NCBI GenBank assembly: GCA_019828565.1
Contig: JAHDYR010000062.1
Coordinates: 814,420-878,419, forward strand
Reading direction: 5' to 3'
Origin: Carpediemonas membranifera BICM
Lineage: Eukaryota > Protista > Fornicata
DNA length: 64,000 nt
In this document: positions 37,069 through 49,308 of the stretch, piece by piece
Layout of the letters: every line of letters begins with the position of its first letter
Position numbering within the stretch: position 1 is the stretch's first letter
The notes under the pieces: model-generated
Seen by the model: the letters and a program-made list of their open reading frames with translations, nothing else
What the model was told of the DNA's origin: nothing
The model's database searches: none
Position numbers and translations under genes: made by a program

Positions 37069-37632
37069 TCACATCAATTGTCTGGCTGCATCCGCGGTAC
37101 GTGACCTGCCTCCGGTTGGCGCTGACCGATGGCAGCGGGGGCATGTGACGGTGCGCTCTCGCGACGCCCTCTGGCAGGTCGATTGACTGGCGCTGCGCCA
37201 TCTCGCACTCGCCGCCATAGTGGGCCATGTGCTTCCTGGTTGGCCACGCGGAGCAGGCACTTGTGGCAGAAGTCCTGGCCGCAAGGACATCAAGACATCT
37301 TGCAGCTGTTCAGGTCGCCCTCGCGCGACGTAAGCTCGCCGCATGTGGGGCAGCGGCGGATGACGGGGACGTCCACAGCGGTGCCTCTGCCGAGCGTGAT
37401 CAGGCGGCACGTCTGCAGGATGTCGTTTCTGCTCAACGAGCATCCTGATCTCGGCGCGCGAGCATGCCTGCTGGCGCCGCGGGATGACGTGGAAGTTGGC
37501 GGCCGCGCCTACTGTGGCAGGGGCCGAGTCGAGCTTGTGACAGTCCACTCCTTCCAACATCTCATCCATTCTTGGGAAAATATCCGACGCCAAGGCATCG
37601 GCGATGCTGAAATTGGGCCCAGAGCAAGTCAT
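37069..37632 (-). pseudogene. RBR/IBR RING2 fragment, copy 3
   Basis: As copy 1. Confidence 0.55.
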
Positions 37633-37836
37633 AGGCTACGTGAACTGGATGAGACCACGGCGAATCAGCTACCCTCAAAAAGAGCAGCCTCTCGCCGCAT
37701 CATAATTCGGACGCGACTCGAGCGACTTCGTTCGCCGACTCACCAACACCACCCCACCTGAGTAAATCCGTTCCCCCGGACTCCGCTTGCCGAGCTGACT
37801 CTCGCGATCGGTCCCGATCGCGGCCCAGTCGAGCGA

Positions 37837-39671
37837 ATGTGCACTTTTTGCTCACAATTGATGTTTCACTGTAAGAGTTACACCACCGGGTCCACCACTA
37901 CGAATGCAGCAGACTATGCTAAACCACAGTACTACTGCCAGCATACTTCTATCTGGGAACAACCCAATGAGAAGCTCTGCAAATACAACCTTTCGAAGGG
38001 CGAACAACAGCACAAGAACGAGAACGACTTTGTTGCATCCATTCCCACACGCTGTTTTGCTGGTGAGGACGTTATCGCCTGGTCTTACGCCCCTTCCTCC
38101 GGGAAAACATCACTCGCACTCCTCACAACAGAGGACACGCTCAAGACTTCGCTGTTGAACGCAACTGAAGACGTTAAGACGAAGCTTAAGCAGCAGATTG
38201 GCCCTAAAGTAGCTGATCGCTTTACAGATGACCGGTTGCTCAGCCATCTCTCCACCGTGTTTCTTTCGAGCCCTTCAGCAAGGCATTGCTGCACCATACC
38301 GCTCAGTCCGACGCCGTCGTGTTTGTTTACCTCCCCGAGCACGATTTCGGCTTCGTCGAGCTGTTGTTTGAGGCGAAGCGCGCTGGTAATGTTCTTAATG
38401 CAACAGGGCAGGCCTTTGTATTCGCCGAGACTCTCCGCCTAACAGTCATGCACGTGGTGCAGAAGAGGTTTGGCAGCGCGGATTGCTCAAAGGTCCCCGC
38501 TGTTCTCGTGGAGCGTTTCCCCGTCATCTCTTTGAGTTCCGCGCACGGCGTTGTGGGTCACCTGACGCCAGTTGGCGAGTTTGGCGTGTTCGCAGGCCCG
38601 TTCCCCGATGGTTACAACTGGACGTGGACGTGTGATAATTCTGCGGAACTGAACGTCGAACAGTTCGTCGAGATGCAATGGAGCTACGTCATCGCTACTG
38701 CACGCACGCTTAACACTCAGCTGTGTGATACCGCCTCCTGGAAGCTGTTCTTCCCAACCAAGTTCTGTCCACAGGGCTGTGCAAAGGAGTGTGCGCGGAT
38801 GGTCACCACCTCTAACTCATTCCTGTACTTCTACGAGGATGGCGACCATAACAAGCTGCTGGCCAAGTTCGACCGCCACAGCCTTGGGCGCGCTGACCCC
38901 TCGTCAGACTTCATGAGCAAACGTGCCCTATTTTCTATGTTCCGTAAGATCATGGACCATGTATATTGCGAGTGCTCAAGTGAACCAGTGGGAGACGTGA
39001 GGGAGAAGCCCCCCCAGATTGTGTCCATACGCCCAGGTGCGCGGCATTGGAAACAGGTCAAGCCCATCTCCGAAGATTCGCTCTCCTATTCACTCCAGCG
39101 TGATCTGACGTCGACTCACCGCTTTGACATCACCGCTCTGATCGGCGCGATCTCTTCCCACCCCAAGCTGTTCGTCCAAAACATGATCCAACAGCTCTGC
39201 AACATTTACTGTGATGATGTCGATGGCGTCTGTTCCACGATTCTTCATCGCGACGCACGTCTCTGCAACATCTGCGTCATCAACAAGCTGCCCGATGCTG
39301 ACTTTACTTTCGCCCCCGACGCCGAGAAAGGGGACGTTGCGTTCCGCCTGATTGACTGGGAGTGGATGCAAGTGTTTGATGGCTTTCGCCTTGTCGATGG
39401 GGATGCAGAACAAGCCCGCCGATCCCCCAACAACGTCGACCATGTAACCTCCACTAGTTGCCAGCTGGCCCAGCTGATCGGCAGCATGGAGCATTACAAT
39501 CATGTGAACAAGGTGGTAGGGATGGACAACGCTTTGACGTTGCTGGAGTCGTTGCAAGAGACCGTGACGACATTAGGTGAGACGATAAGAAAGGCAAGCT
39601 ACGAAGAGAGACTCGCGAAGTTTACTTCGCACATTGACCAGTGGAGTGAGCAGAATCTGGCGAGAGAGTAA
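37837..39671 (+). CDS. REase-kinase protein, copy 4 (4-nt insertion near 38263; different C-terminal helix)
   Basis: ORFs 37837-38442 and 38286-39671. Confidence 0.7.
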
Positions 39672-39981
39672 AAGGGACCGATGACCCGGGATTGTAACTG
39701 GCCCACGAGTCGAACGGAGTCTCTCACTCTGTGAGAGGCCCGCGACGTCGACTTCCGAACTTCATAAGTGACGATTCAACGATGCAACACGCTGGCAAAT
39801 GCATGTATTGCCGAGTGTATGCTGACCCGATAAGCCTCACACTTCCTGTTCCTCCCTTCAAACCGCATGAGCTCAGCCACTCAAAAACAAAATTTTAAGA
39901 TGAAACTGTCCGAACCCCATAAACCACTCAAACAGATCCCTCAGCCGCTGTAATCAACGAATACACGTCCCCCAACCCCAA

Positions 39982-42089
39982 GTGGCTCACCCCCCAGTCA
40001 TCGACCTCACTCTCGAGCTGCACCGCCTCCATCTCATCAAATATGTCCGCAAGTTCAGCAGTGTGGGTCGGAACCGCCGGACGGATCTCTGTCTCAAAGA
40101 AGCATTGGAAATCCTCGAATGTTGGGAATCTCGTTGTCGGGATGAACGCCGCGCGGATTTCGGCTAGTTTCTCGCTCCCGAGGAAAAAGAGGATGCTAGA
40201 CGGCTGCTGGCGGACAGCACACTGCTCGCAATCAGAGTTCTAGCACTATTCAGAGGCACCAACGGCATCGGTGAGTTAGAGGACGCCCTCAGACTGCTGC
40301 AGCCAGCCATTGAGGAAGAGGTCAGAGCAGCCAGAGAAAGCAGTGACATCGTAGCAGGGCTGGGGTTCCAGCCGAGGCACACAGCGTTCCAGGAGTTTGG
40401 CCCCCACCCAGCGTTCAGAGAGATCAGAGACGGGCACCAGGGCAACAGGTTCCTCGTAGTGCCAGACAGAGAACACAGGTTCGGCATTGGCTTCGGATTT
40501 GCAGAGGTAGCGATGGGGATGAAGGGCCTGCTCCTATCCCCTGACGCCTTCACTGACAGAGACAACAGAGTCACTAGGAACCCTATCTGGACACTGGAAG
40601 AGGAGCTAGACAACCCAGAGCAACTCAGAGCGGTCCAGGGCCGAGCCGGCCTTGGAGCGCACAACGAAGAGAACATGGTCACACTGTCACAGCTCGTCAA
40701 CTGGTGGCCCAGCAGAGAGCGCATCGCCCGGCAAGAGACCTGGGGATGCGAAGAGCTAGCAGAGGCACTCAGAGAGTTTGAAGGGCGCATAGCCAATGTC
40801 AAAGCCCCCCGAACGCCAGAGCCTCCATCAGAGTCGCATTCATCCCCAGAGACTGGGGACTGATCAGAACCAGAGACGCGGGGTCTATCCTGAAGCGCAT
40901 GCGCTGGGAAGGCCGACGCATGGTCACCACAGTGATCCCGGAAGAGGCCAGAGTCAGAATGGGGGACATCCCACCCAGCGGATACAAACCCGACGTGGAC
41001 GGCAAGGACGAGATGCCCTTCAGGGTCACGTACAGAGACACTCACCTCCAGACGGCAGTCGGCGAAGTCGAGCACCAAATGGTAGGCAGGAACTTCAGAG
41101 ACATCCTGGACCCTGCAACCCGGGTGGACAGACGCCGCGAGGACGAGCGCCGTGACCACAGAGAGATCAGGCGCCCGGACACCAGAGATGAGAGACACCA
41201 CGACAGAGAGGTGGGTCACCAAGTTGACAGAGAGGCCAGACGTTCGGTCGACCAGGAAGTCAGGCGCCCTACTGGCAGAGAGATCGGACATCCCACCCAC
41301 AGAGAAGCCATACACCTGGCCGACAGAGAGGCCAGACGTCCGGCTGACTATGAGGTCAGACGCCCCATCGCCAGAGAAGCTGACCAACCCACCGAAAGAG
41401 ACATCAGACACCCTGACGACAGAGAGGCTGGGCGCCTCATCGACAGAGAAATCAGACGTCCTGAAATCTATGAACGCGACACGGAGCTCGAACGTCTGGA
41501 AGCCAGGGCCAACAGAGCAGAACAGGACGGTCTCCGGATCAGACCCGACTTCGAAGAGGCAGAGAGGCGCCAGCGGGAGAGAAACGAGTGGTTTAGAGAA
41601 CATCTTGGAACAGCCAGAGACAACCGCAGAGGCAACCACTCCTCAGCAGCCGGCAAGCGAGGCAGCCAAGGCAGAGACGACCTATCCGAGTCAGGAAAGA
41701 GGAGCAGACACAGTGACGACACCGCTGGGACGGTAAGAAGCAGACTACCGGACCAGCAGGACGCCGAGAAACAGAGGCTCCTACTTCAACTGGCAGAGGC
41801 ACAGCGAGAAATCTCAGCCCTCAAGGCCGCCCGGCAGAGACCCGCAGACCTGGCAGGCACTGAACCCGACCCCCTTGTCAGACCACCGATTGAGATGGTC
41901 AAGAACAGAGACGCCGCGGTAGTGCCCCGTCGCAGGAACAAGAGCAGGAGAACCAGGACCACCAGACAGACGGACCCCATGGAGATGATGACACAGTTCA
42001 TGTCCTTCATGGCCAACATGCAAGGTGGTCAGGCCCGCGACTCTGAACCGTATGATGATGCCAGTGAAAGTGAGGTCTCGGAGGAGTAA
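39982..42089 (+). CDS. LINE-B ORF1 (frameshifted) with 8-aa charged repeats and a coiled coil
   Basis: Open stretches at about 39982-40863 and 40899-42089. No evident similarity to LINE-A ORF1. Confidence 0.6.
41153..41470 (+). repeat. Degenerate 24-bp coding minisatellite, about 13 units (DRE[AIV]RRPx)
   Basis: DREVGHQV DREARRSV DQEVRRPT GREIGHPT HREAIHLA DREARRPA... Confidence 0.8.
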
Positions 42090-42431
42090 GTGGATCAGAG
42101 ATAAAGCAGTATTCTTTCAGAAACTAGTGTATCAGACTTTCTTTCTTTATATAACCCTGGCTCCCACCCAGGGCCTGGCATTAGCCCACGGGCACTGCCA
42201 GTAGGTTGCAGGCGGCAGCCAAAGGAGGGGTCACGCCACTGCGCCCCCTCCTAAGTATCCATGCCCGAGGGCGAATCGGTCACCAAGAAGCACGGAGGCT
42301 GGCCCGCCAAGGGTTACCAAGACCGGCATCGAGGCCCCTTGACGGGACAGTGACACAGTGAACCCTTAGCCCCTGCAGAAATTCTCAGAATTCGCAGGAT
42401 AAGGATCAGAGCATAGTACAACAGGGAAACG

Positions 42432-45400
42432 TTCAAGATCTTAAGCCTGAACACTCAGGGGCACATAGGACGAGGAAAGGACTTCACGGCATCAATAGCA
42501 ACAGCAATTCAAACCAAACTCAGAGACATTGAAGCGGTTTGTATACAAGAGACATGGAGAACAGCAAACACAAGAGTCCACAGCTTCATAGACTTCCAGT
42601 ACGCTTTAGCAGGCAGAGAAACAGAGGAAACACTAGCAACAACGAACGAAAAGCGGAAAAGAGAGACCAGGTGCCAGCATCGCGTGAACAGACAACTGGG
42701 AATCACAGGTGACGACCCCCCTACACCCAAGTGGCACGGGACCAGAGAAGGCATCGGCACAATCGTAAGCCCGCATGCCAGAGCAACATGGGATGTCGGC
42801 ATCACTGACAGCCTGTCAGGAAGAGTGCAGGCGAGTATTATGAGGACGAGCAGAGACATCATGGTAATCACAGTGTATGCACCCACTTCAGATAAAGGGA
42901 AGACAGTGAAAGATCAGTTCAGAGACAACATCCAAGAGATACTGGACATGAAAGGGGACATGGAAGCAATCATCATTGGGGACTGGAACATGGCCCCAGG
43001 GCCGGCACACGGAACCACCAGGTGGAAGGATGTTATGGACAAACACAAACTCAGAGCAATCATACCAGAAAGGGGCACATTATCCAGTGGCAACACCACA
43101 CCGGACTTCGCAATGGTCTCAGAGGGAATCAGGAAAGCAGAGATTCAAGTGGTCAGCTCGACAGTGCTGGGAGTATGGGGGTCGGCCCACAAAGGGGTCA
43201 AGCTTGCCTGGGAAGAACCCCGATACAGAGCCAACAGAGACGATGACAGTGGCCTGGAAATGCCAGGAGTGCACACATGGAATATTATGTATATGTATAT
43301 ATATGAAAGAGAGGGAGGGCCACACAACAATCAAGGAGCTAGACAGAAACGGATCGATAGATCAGTGGGAGGAGACAATCAGAGCCTGCCTGGGGGAACC
43401 AGCCGGGGAGAAGAGAGCCAAACCACGAGAGCAGATAGTACAAGACAGCGCATGGGCCGACCTCCATGAAACAGAATGGTCAGAAGCAGGCAACAAGGTG
43501 AGGACGAGACTAATGAACAGCGAACTGAAGAAGTGCTGGGACAAACGCAGAGAAGAGTGGATAGCCGACCTCAGCAAGAGCACAAGAGAGGGATACAAAG
43601 CATCGAGATCAATGGTAGAGGCTGCAGTCAGAAGATGGTGGTGCGACAACCAGTACAAAGGGATGCCTGGCAGCCTGCTCAAGGACGGAATGATCACCAC
43701 GGACAAGGCCACGATCAGTGAAATCCTGCTTAAGCAGTATGCGAAGGTAAGTAGAGGCAGAGAACCAGAGTGGAAGGAGTGGCCTGGCATAGGGAAGGGA
43801 CGAATTCTCCAAGGAGGAAGTGAGAGCAGCCATCAGTAAGATTAAGAGAGACACAGCCCCGGGCCCAGAGAACACAACAGGGACCATGCTAAGAGAACTC
43901 AATGAGCGAGGACTCAAGGAGCTTACCAGATTTATGAACAGGGTATATAGAGAAGGGAAGATCCCAGAGACGTGGAAATACGCAACAGTGTCAGCTATCC
44001 ACAAGACCGGAAAACTCAGAGTTAAGCCAGAGTCGTATAGACCCATCTCGCTCACCCCGTTGCTGTACAGAGTATACGGTCGGCTGTTAAAGAAGAGACT
44101 GGAGAAGGCCACCAAAAGGTTCATACCCAGAGAACAGGCAGGATTCCAACCTGAAAGGGACGTAGTGCAGCAGATCCAGTATATAGTGCAGAGACACCAG
44201 GAAGGGGGGGAGACGACCTCAGTGTTCCTAGACATAGAGAAGGCATACGACACAGTGCCAAGAGACACCCTGATGGACAAACTCCAGGGAATGGGAGTGG
44301 AGGCCCACCTTATCAGAGCAATCCAGAGCACACTACAAGAGACATGGATATCAGTGAAAGGGGCTAAGTCATGGGAAAGGACAAACAGGGGGGTGAAGCA
44401 AGGGTGCGTACTAGCCCCGACCCTGTTTGTTCTCTTCATGGCAAACTGGCCCCACCTGGTCAGGAAAAAGCACATGAGCGAGCCCTATGATATCAGAGAA
44501 CCACCAGTGGAAACAACAAGTACCAGAGACCCACTCCCGGCAGTGTTAACCATGTTTGTGGATGACACTGCAGTCACGGGAGACAAACCGGTACAGAGCC
44601 AGATCATAGCAAACCTGGTCATAGCGATCATCAGAGAACACGAAATGGGCGTCAACGAGCAGAAGAACGTCATGATCAGTGTCGACAGAGCAGCCACGGT
44701 CAGAATAGGTGGCGTCACGCTACTACCAGCGGAAGAGGCGAGGTACCTTGGACTATGGTTAGCCAGTGGCAGTGACCCCCTCAGAGCATGTATCGGGAAG
44801 AAGAAAGAACAGAGCAAGAGGTACCAGAACCTAGTGAGATGGGCGGGGTGGACTAGAGCAGACATGCCAGCGACAGCCAGCAGACTCCTCCTAGAAATCT
44901 ACATTTGGCCGAGGATCACTTTTGGAATTGAAGTGTGGGGAAACGAGACAGGGGCCAGGAAGATCTGGAATGACTGGCAAGGTATCATGGCAGGCACTGG
45001 ACCCGGAGGGGGCGCCGCCATGAGGCTGATGAACGGTTGGGTCGACCTCCAAGCCCACATGGAGATGCTTGCAGTGAAAAGGACAGTGAACAGCAGAGAC
45101 CAGAGCATACCAGTGAGAGACAGAGAGTGGAGACGAGGTACCATCATGTGGATTGCAAGAGACAGAGCGCAGAGAATCCTCAGCGACACCAGAAGAGGGG
45201 CGACCAAGATAGCGCTACTCGAGTACGGTAAAGAGGAGATCACCAGAAACTGGATGAAGAGGTGCAAAAGTAAGTCAGCCAAGGGGTTGATAGCGATTGC
45301 AGGAGACCGGAGAGTAGGAAAGTGCTTCCTGGGAAAACCAATGATCAACAGGAAACCGCAGAAGGGGCAAACCAGAGCAGAGTGGAAGAGGATCGTATCA

Positions 45401-45715
45401 GTGATAGCAAATGTCAGCCCAGCCCCATCCTCAGCAGAGAAAGGAGAGGGACCGAGCAGAGCAGTAGCCAACATCGCGATGGATGACGAACTGAAGGAGG
45501 AGGTCCAGAGAAGGTGCCCTCTGTGCTCAAGAGAGACTGAGATTGACCTACTGTGGAAGATCCTCCAGGAGAAACCGGACCAGATCAGAGAACAGAGACT
45601 CATCAGAGACTGGGTAGAGGAACAGAGGATAGGGTCAGCATCGCACATAATATGCGAATGCCCCATGGTAGACAGGGGGGACGGCTGGGCCAAGATCTGG
45701 AAAGAAGCGAGGGAT
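42432..45715 (+). CDS. LINE-B ORF2: APE + RT + CCHC (frameshifts, 3' truncated)
   Basis: ILSLNTQG, CIQET, VYAP, GDWN; YRPISL, FLDIEKAYDTV, GVKQGCVLAP, MFVDD, YLG; CPLC...HIICEC. Confidence 0.92.
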
Positions 45716-46331
45716 CATACTGTCAACATCCCTAGATTATCTTTGCTAAACCCTAGATTATCTTCGACCTCAAAAAGCTAGATAATCTACGGTTGCAAGA
45801 AAAAATGAACTCGACGATGAGCCGGAGCTGGATCTTCAAAGTGGTATGGTAGTACTTGGCTATACCTAAGCAATACGCATGCGCAGTATCAAACTTTAAA
45901 TCCTGCTAGAAAAAAGTAACATAGGGACAAATTGGAATTGAGAGTTGAGACTCAAAAAACGGGCAGGGGGGAGGAAATGGTCCATAAGTACGCCTTATGG
46001 GTCGCTTCCTCCCCTCTGCCCCCTTTTTATCGCAAAATCGATTTGCCGGATTTGACACATGTTTGATGTGATCAAAATGGATTTGATAGACATGAGTCCA
46101 GATCATGCAGTTGGCCATCCTGAAGCGCTAGGGCGGTCTGCAGACCGCAGCAATGCCTCTGCTGAATGCCCTTCGCCTGACGGACAGGACGCGCGTTGAC
46201 TCTAAAGGACTGCATGTTTCGGCATTAAAAGAAGGTGTGGAATACAACGGAGTCATCGCCGAACCGCTCCGACCAAGTCGGTTATTAGGACATCGCGTTC
46301 AGACGCCCTCTGCAATTACCAAGTCAATAGA

Positions 46332-46379
46332 CATACTGTTAGAATGGCCAGTTAATCCGGGGATATACGGAGGATAAAC
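46332..46379 (+). repeat. Left TIR of element C
   Basis: CATACTGTTAGAATGGCCAGTTAATCCGGGGATATACGGAGGATAAAC. Confidence 0.96.
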
Positions 46380-46853
46380 ACCCTTTTGCACAAGAAACTG
46401 CAAGAAAAAATGAGATTCACCCGTATCTTTTTCACTATTTCACACGTTTCACCAACGTTTGTGAAACGTAGAGAAACGTGCGGAAGGTACGGGTAAGTCT
46501 CATTTTTGCTTGCATACGACGTGCTAGGGGCATTCTTGTGATTCGTAGGTAGGTGCTGATGTTGCATAACCATTCATTGCTTATTCAAAGTGATAATAAC
46601 GTGCTAGTGGTCTTTAAGTTGCTGTATTACATCTATAAACATATCTCCTATCTCTTCCAGAACGTGTTGTGTGTCATTCAGCCTCTCATTCACCAACCCC
46701 TCGCAATTCAGCCCAGTGATGTGATTTCGTATTTCTCGAACAGAATCTTGTATCTTGCCGACTTCATGGAGGCAACTGGTCATATGATTAAGCCTTTCGT
46801 TCGTGGATAACCGTAACATTGTCGTCAACACCTGCGCAGTTTAAGATGAGAAT

Positions 46854-48074
46854 ATGACGACCAGTGAAACTGCGAAGAAAGCTGAGATTTCGCAGGGCAC
46901 GTCTTGCGGATCGGATAAGAGAACAGAGTACCGCCGGCTGTTCGTGACTAGCTTCCTGGAATGCTTTTTCGACGTCGCGGACATCCCAACTATCGGTCTG
47001 ACGACCTCTGACGTTCATCGCGCTCTCCTTGGCATGCAGGATGTGATATCGGGCCTCTGCAACGGCTTTCGCAAGATTGCTATTGCAAACTCCGTCAGGC
47101 GCACGACTACTGAGCCCATTCAGGCATTTGTGGCAAGTAGAAAGGGTGGCACAGAGCTCATTGGCACAAAGATACCCTACCTGGTTGTCAGAGACAGAGC
47201 AAATGCAGCTGAACACTTGCAGGAGTTTAGAAACAGGATGTCTGTGCTGTTTCCGGGACTTGGACTCCACGATGTCTCCAGTCTGATCACTTGCACCGGC
47301 ATTCAATGGCCTCCAGCCGTTGTAATCAGGATCAAGCATCGCAAGCTCCAGCCTGAGCCACGTACCCCAGCAGAAACACCCGCAGAGACACCCACAAAGA
47401 CTCCAGTGACAACATTGGTACCAAAGCTCAGAAAAAGAGCTGACTTGGCTACCATCAAGCCTGATTCCCCCGTCAAGAAGCTTAATTTTGATGCGCAGAT
47501 GCATGTGCCTGCTCAGAAGCGATCGAGGCTCGAAGAGGCTGACTTGAAGGAGGTTGCCGCGATGGTGACGGCTTCACTCTCCACAACTGTCACTGATCTC
47601 CTCAAGCAGTCACCCAAGGCCGTTGAAATGAACGATAAGGTCCCCGCCCTCAAGCAAGCGACGTTTCTGAAGCTATATCAGCGTAAGTTACTGTTCGCAT
47701 GCGCTGTTTGTGCCTCACCTGAATGGTACTTCAACCCAAACATGAAAAGAAACGAGTATGAAACGTGCTATCTCTGCCATCAGTTCATGCATCTTCAGTG
47801 TGTCAGAGAGAAGAGGATTGATGGTAAGAACAGAAAGGTTTGCGCAGCTTGCAGTCTGGCAGGAAGGTCTAACAGATGTCACGCGTGTATCAAGGACGGA
47901 GACAAGTCGACAAAGGACACTGGCGTCTGCCGGGCGTGCCTAAACTGGTTCTGCGAAGAGAAACACTTCAGCTATGCTGAGTTCCATCTCGACGGCCAGG
48001 ACTATCGTGTCAGGTTCTGCGACCAGTGTATGACTGTCTACCAGAAGGTGGCGGATATGAAGCCAATTGAGTAA
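46854..48074 (+). CDS. PHD-finger protein with a second Cys/His zinc finger
   Basis: CAVC...CYLC...HLQC...CAAC (C4HC3), followed by CHAC...CRAC...CEEKH...CDQC. Confidence 0.75.
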   Translation: MTTSETAKKAEISQGTSCGSDKRTEYRRLFVTSFLECFFDVADIPTIGLTTSDVHRALLGMQDVISGLCNGFRKIAIANSVRRTTTEPIQAFVASRKGGTELIGTKIPYLVVRDRANAAEHLQEFRNRMSVLFPGLGLHDVSSLITCTGIQWPPAVVIRIKHRKLQPEPRTPAETPAETPTKTPVTTLVPKLRKRADLATIKPDSPVKKLNFDAQMHVPAQKRSRLEEADLKEVAAMVTASLSTTVTDLLKQSPKAVEMNDKVPALKQATFLKLYQRKLLFACAVCASPEWYFNPNMKRNEYETCYLCHQFMHLQCVREKRIDGKNRKVCAACSLAGRSNRCHACIKDGDKSTKDTGVCRACLNWFCEEKHFSYAEFHLDGQDYRVRFCDQCMTVYQKVADMKPIE

Positions 48075-48097
48075 GTTAAATAGGGAGATTTTGAACT

Positions 48098-49195
48098 TTA
48101 AGTGTCTTCCAGTGCCGCTCTGTGCGCAACTGTCATCTCAGTAATGTAGCGCGAGGCCATAACATCCGCCGGAGATCTCTGCAGTGGTCTATATGCAAGT
48201 ACCTCAGAAACAAGGTCGACCATCTCGGGAAGAGGGATTGGCGTGCGGAACTGAGTGGCTGTGAGGATCTCAATCGCGCCCGGGGTTATGGACATTGATC
48301 CATTCGCGATAACCCGTCTCCCTGCTGTGCCAGGTGCGAGCCCATAGCCGGAGAAGTAACGCGAGACGAAGTGGAGCGGGTTGTCCATGCATGTAGTGCG
48401 GTAGAGCCAAAAGCAGTCCTGCAGGACGAGTTCGTTGGCAAGCATTTTCTCCGGAGTGAGAATGATGCACGTATGCTCGTATGCCTGGGTCGAAATGGAC
48501 TGCTTAAGCAGAGAGAACTCGCTATTGTCCGCTCCGGTACAGGTGGCGAAGTAGATGAGCCGAACCCGGCTGGTGGTGACGAGGGATGGCTCACGGAAAG
48601 CGAAGAGGATCATCTGTACGATATCGTGAAGGTACAGGAACTCGTTAGCGCTCGCATTAACGATCATTCTCGACGTTGTGGTCTCGCTGTGGCCAGAAAC
48701 AACCCAGAATGTCTCGAAATTGGCGAATTCTGCAGCCAACTGTTGCAGTATGGAGCCGAGGTGGGTCGTCGAGACGAAACTGACGGCAACCGTGGTGAGC
48801 CACTCGTCGCTGACGAGATCGAGGATGGCGTTCATGCGCTTGTGGTACCCCTCGGAGCCAGCAAGCCCGGTGACAGTGAAGACCGGGTTCGCACAAGTAG
48901 GTGCTTCGAAGCCATGGACTGGCTCGAGCAGGATAACGATGCGGCGGTTCACAAGCTTGCTCAGGGTGAAGGGGCAGTCATGCGTGTACCTGATTCCGTC
49001 ATATTCCTTCAGGCCCTGGTTGCGAAGGTCAGAACGCGGCCTAGTGATTCCACAGACGCATTCATACGTGAGAGGATGGTCGCTGATGCGTCTGGTACCG
49101 AATTTGCCAAATTTCCTCTCCATTTGGCAACTACCACTTTTTTTCCAACACTGGTAGTTGGCCGAACCAGCTATAGGGAAGGATATGGACCACAA
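48098..49195 (-). CDS. Caspase/CHAT (clan CD)-like cysteine protease with a possible N-terminal zinc ribbon
   Basis: FWVVSGHS and RLIYFATC: His and Cys each follow a hydrophobic strand, about 45 aa apart. N-terminal CVCG...HDC. Confidence 0.6.
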   Translation of the reverse strand: MWSISFPIAGSANYQCWKKSGSCQMERKFGKFGTRRISDHPLTYECVCGITRPRSDLRNQGLKEYDGIRYTHDCPFTLSKLVNRRIVILLEPVHGFEAPTCANPVFTVTGLAGSEGYHKRMNAILDLVSDEWLTTVAVSFVSTTHLGSILQQLAAEFANFETFWVVSGHSETTTSRMIVNASANEFLYLHDIVQMILFAFREPSLVTTSRVRLIYFATCTGADNSEFSLLKQSISTQAYEHTCIILTPEKMLANELVLQDCFWLYRTTCMDNPLHFVSRYFSGYGLAPGTAGRRVIANGSMSITPGAIEILTATQFRTPIPLPEMVDLVSEVLAYRPLQRSPADVMASRYITEMTVAHRAALEDT

Positions 49196-49308
49196 TAAGC
49201 AAGCATTCTGGTGTTACAGATAAGATATTGTATGTGTGTCCTTTACGGTGTGAGACGGCCCCATCAATCCCGAGAAATACCGCGTGTCCGTTTGCAAAAA
49301 AAAATCAG

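Larger units (their letters stand above)
28984..39561. repeat. Tandem array of a ~2.93-kb unit, 3 full copies plus a 1.8-kb partial
   Basis: Unit starts GACTCCGCTTGCC at 28984, 31911, 34839 and 37779. Identity ends at 39561. Confidence 0.97.
39900..45715 (+). mobile_element. Second APE-type LINE (LINE-B), related to LINE-A, interrupted at its 3' end by element B; 5' boundary approximate
   Basis: ORF2 is colinear with LINE-A ORF2 (ATWDVG, WGS.H, WNDW.G.MAGTGPGGG). Purine-rich sense strand. Homology stops at 45715. Confidence 0.88.

Noticed and set aside
40164-41639. 491-aa minus-strand ORF
   Set aside because: Antisense shadow of the purine-rich, repetitive LINE-B ORF1; Ser/Leu/Val low complexity.
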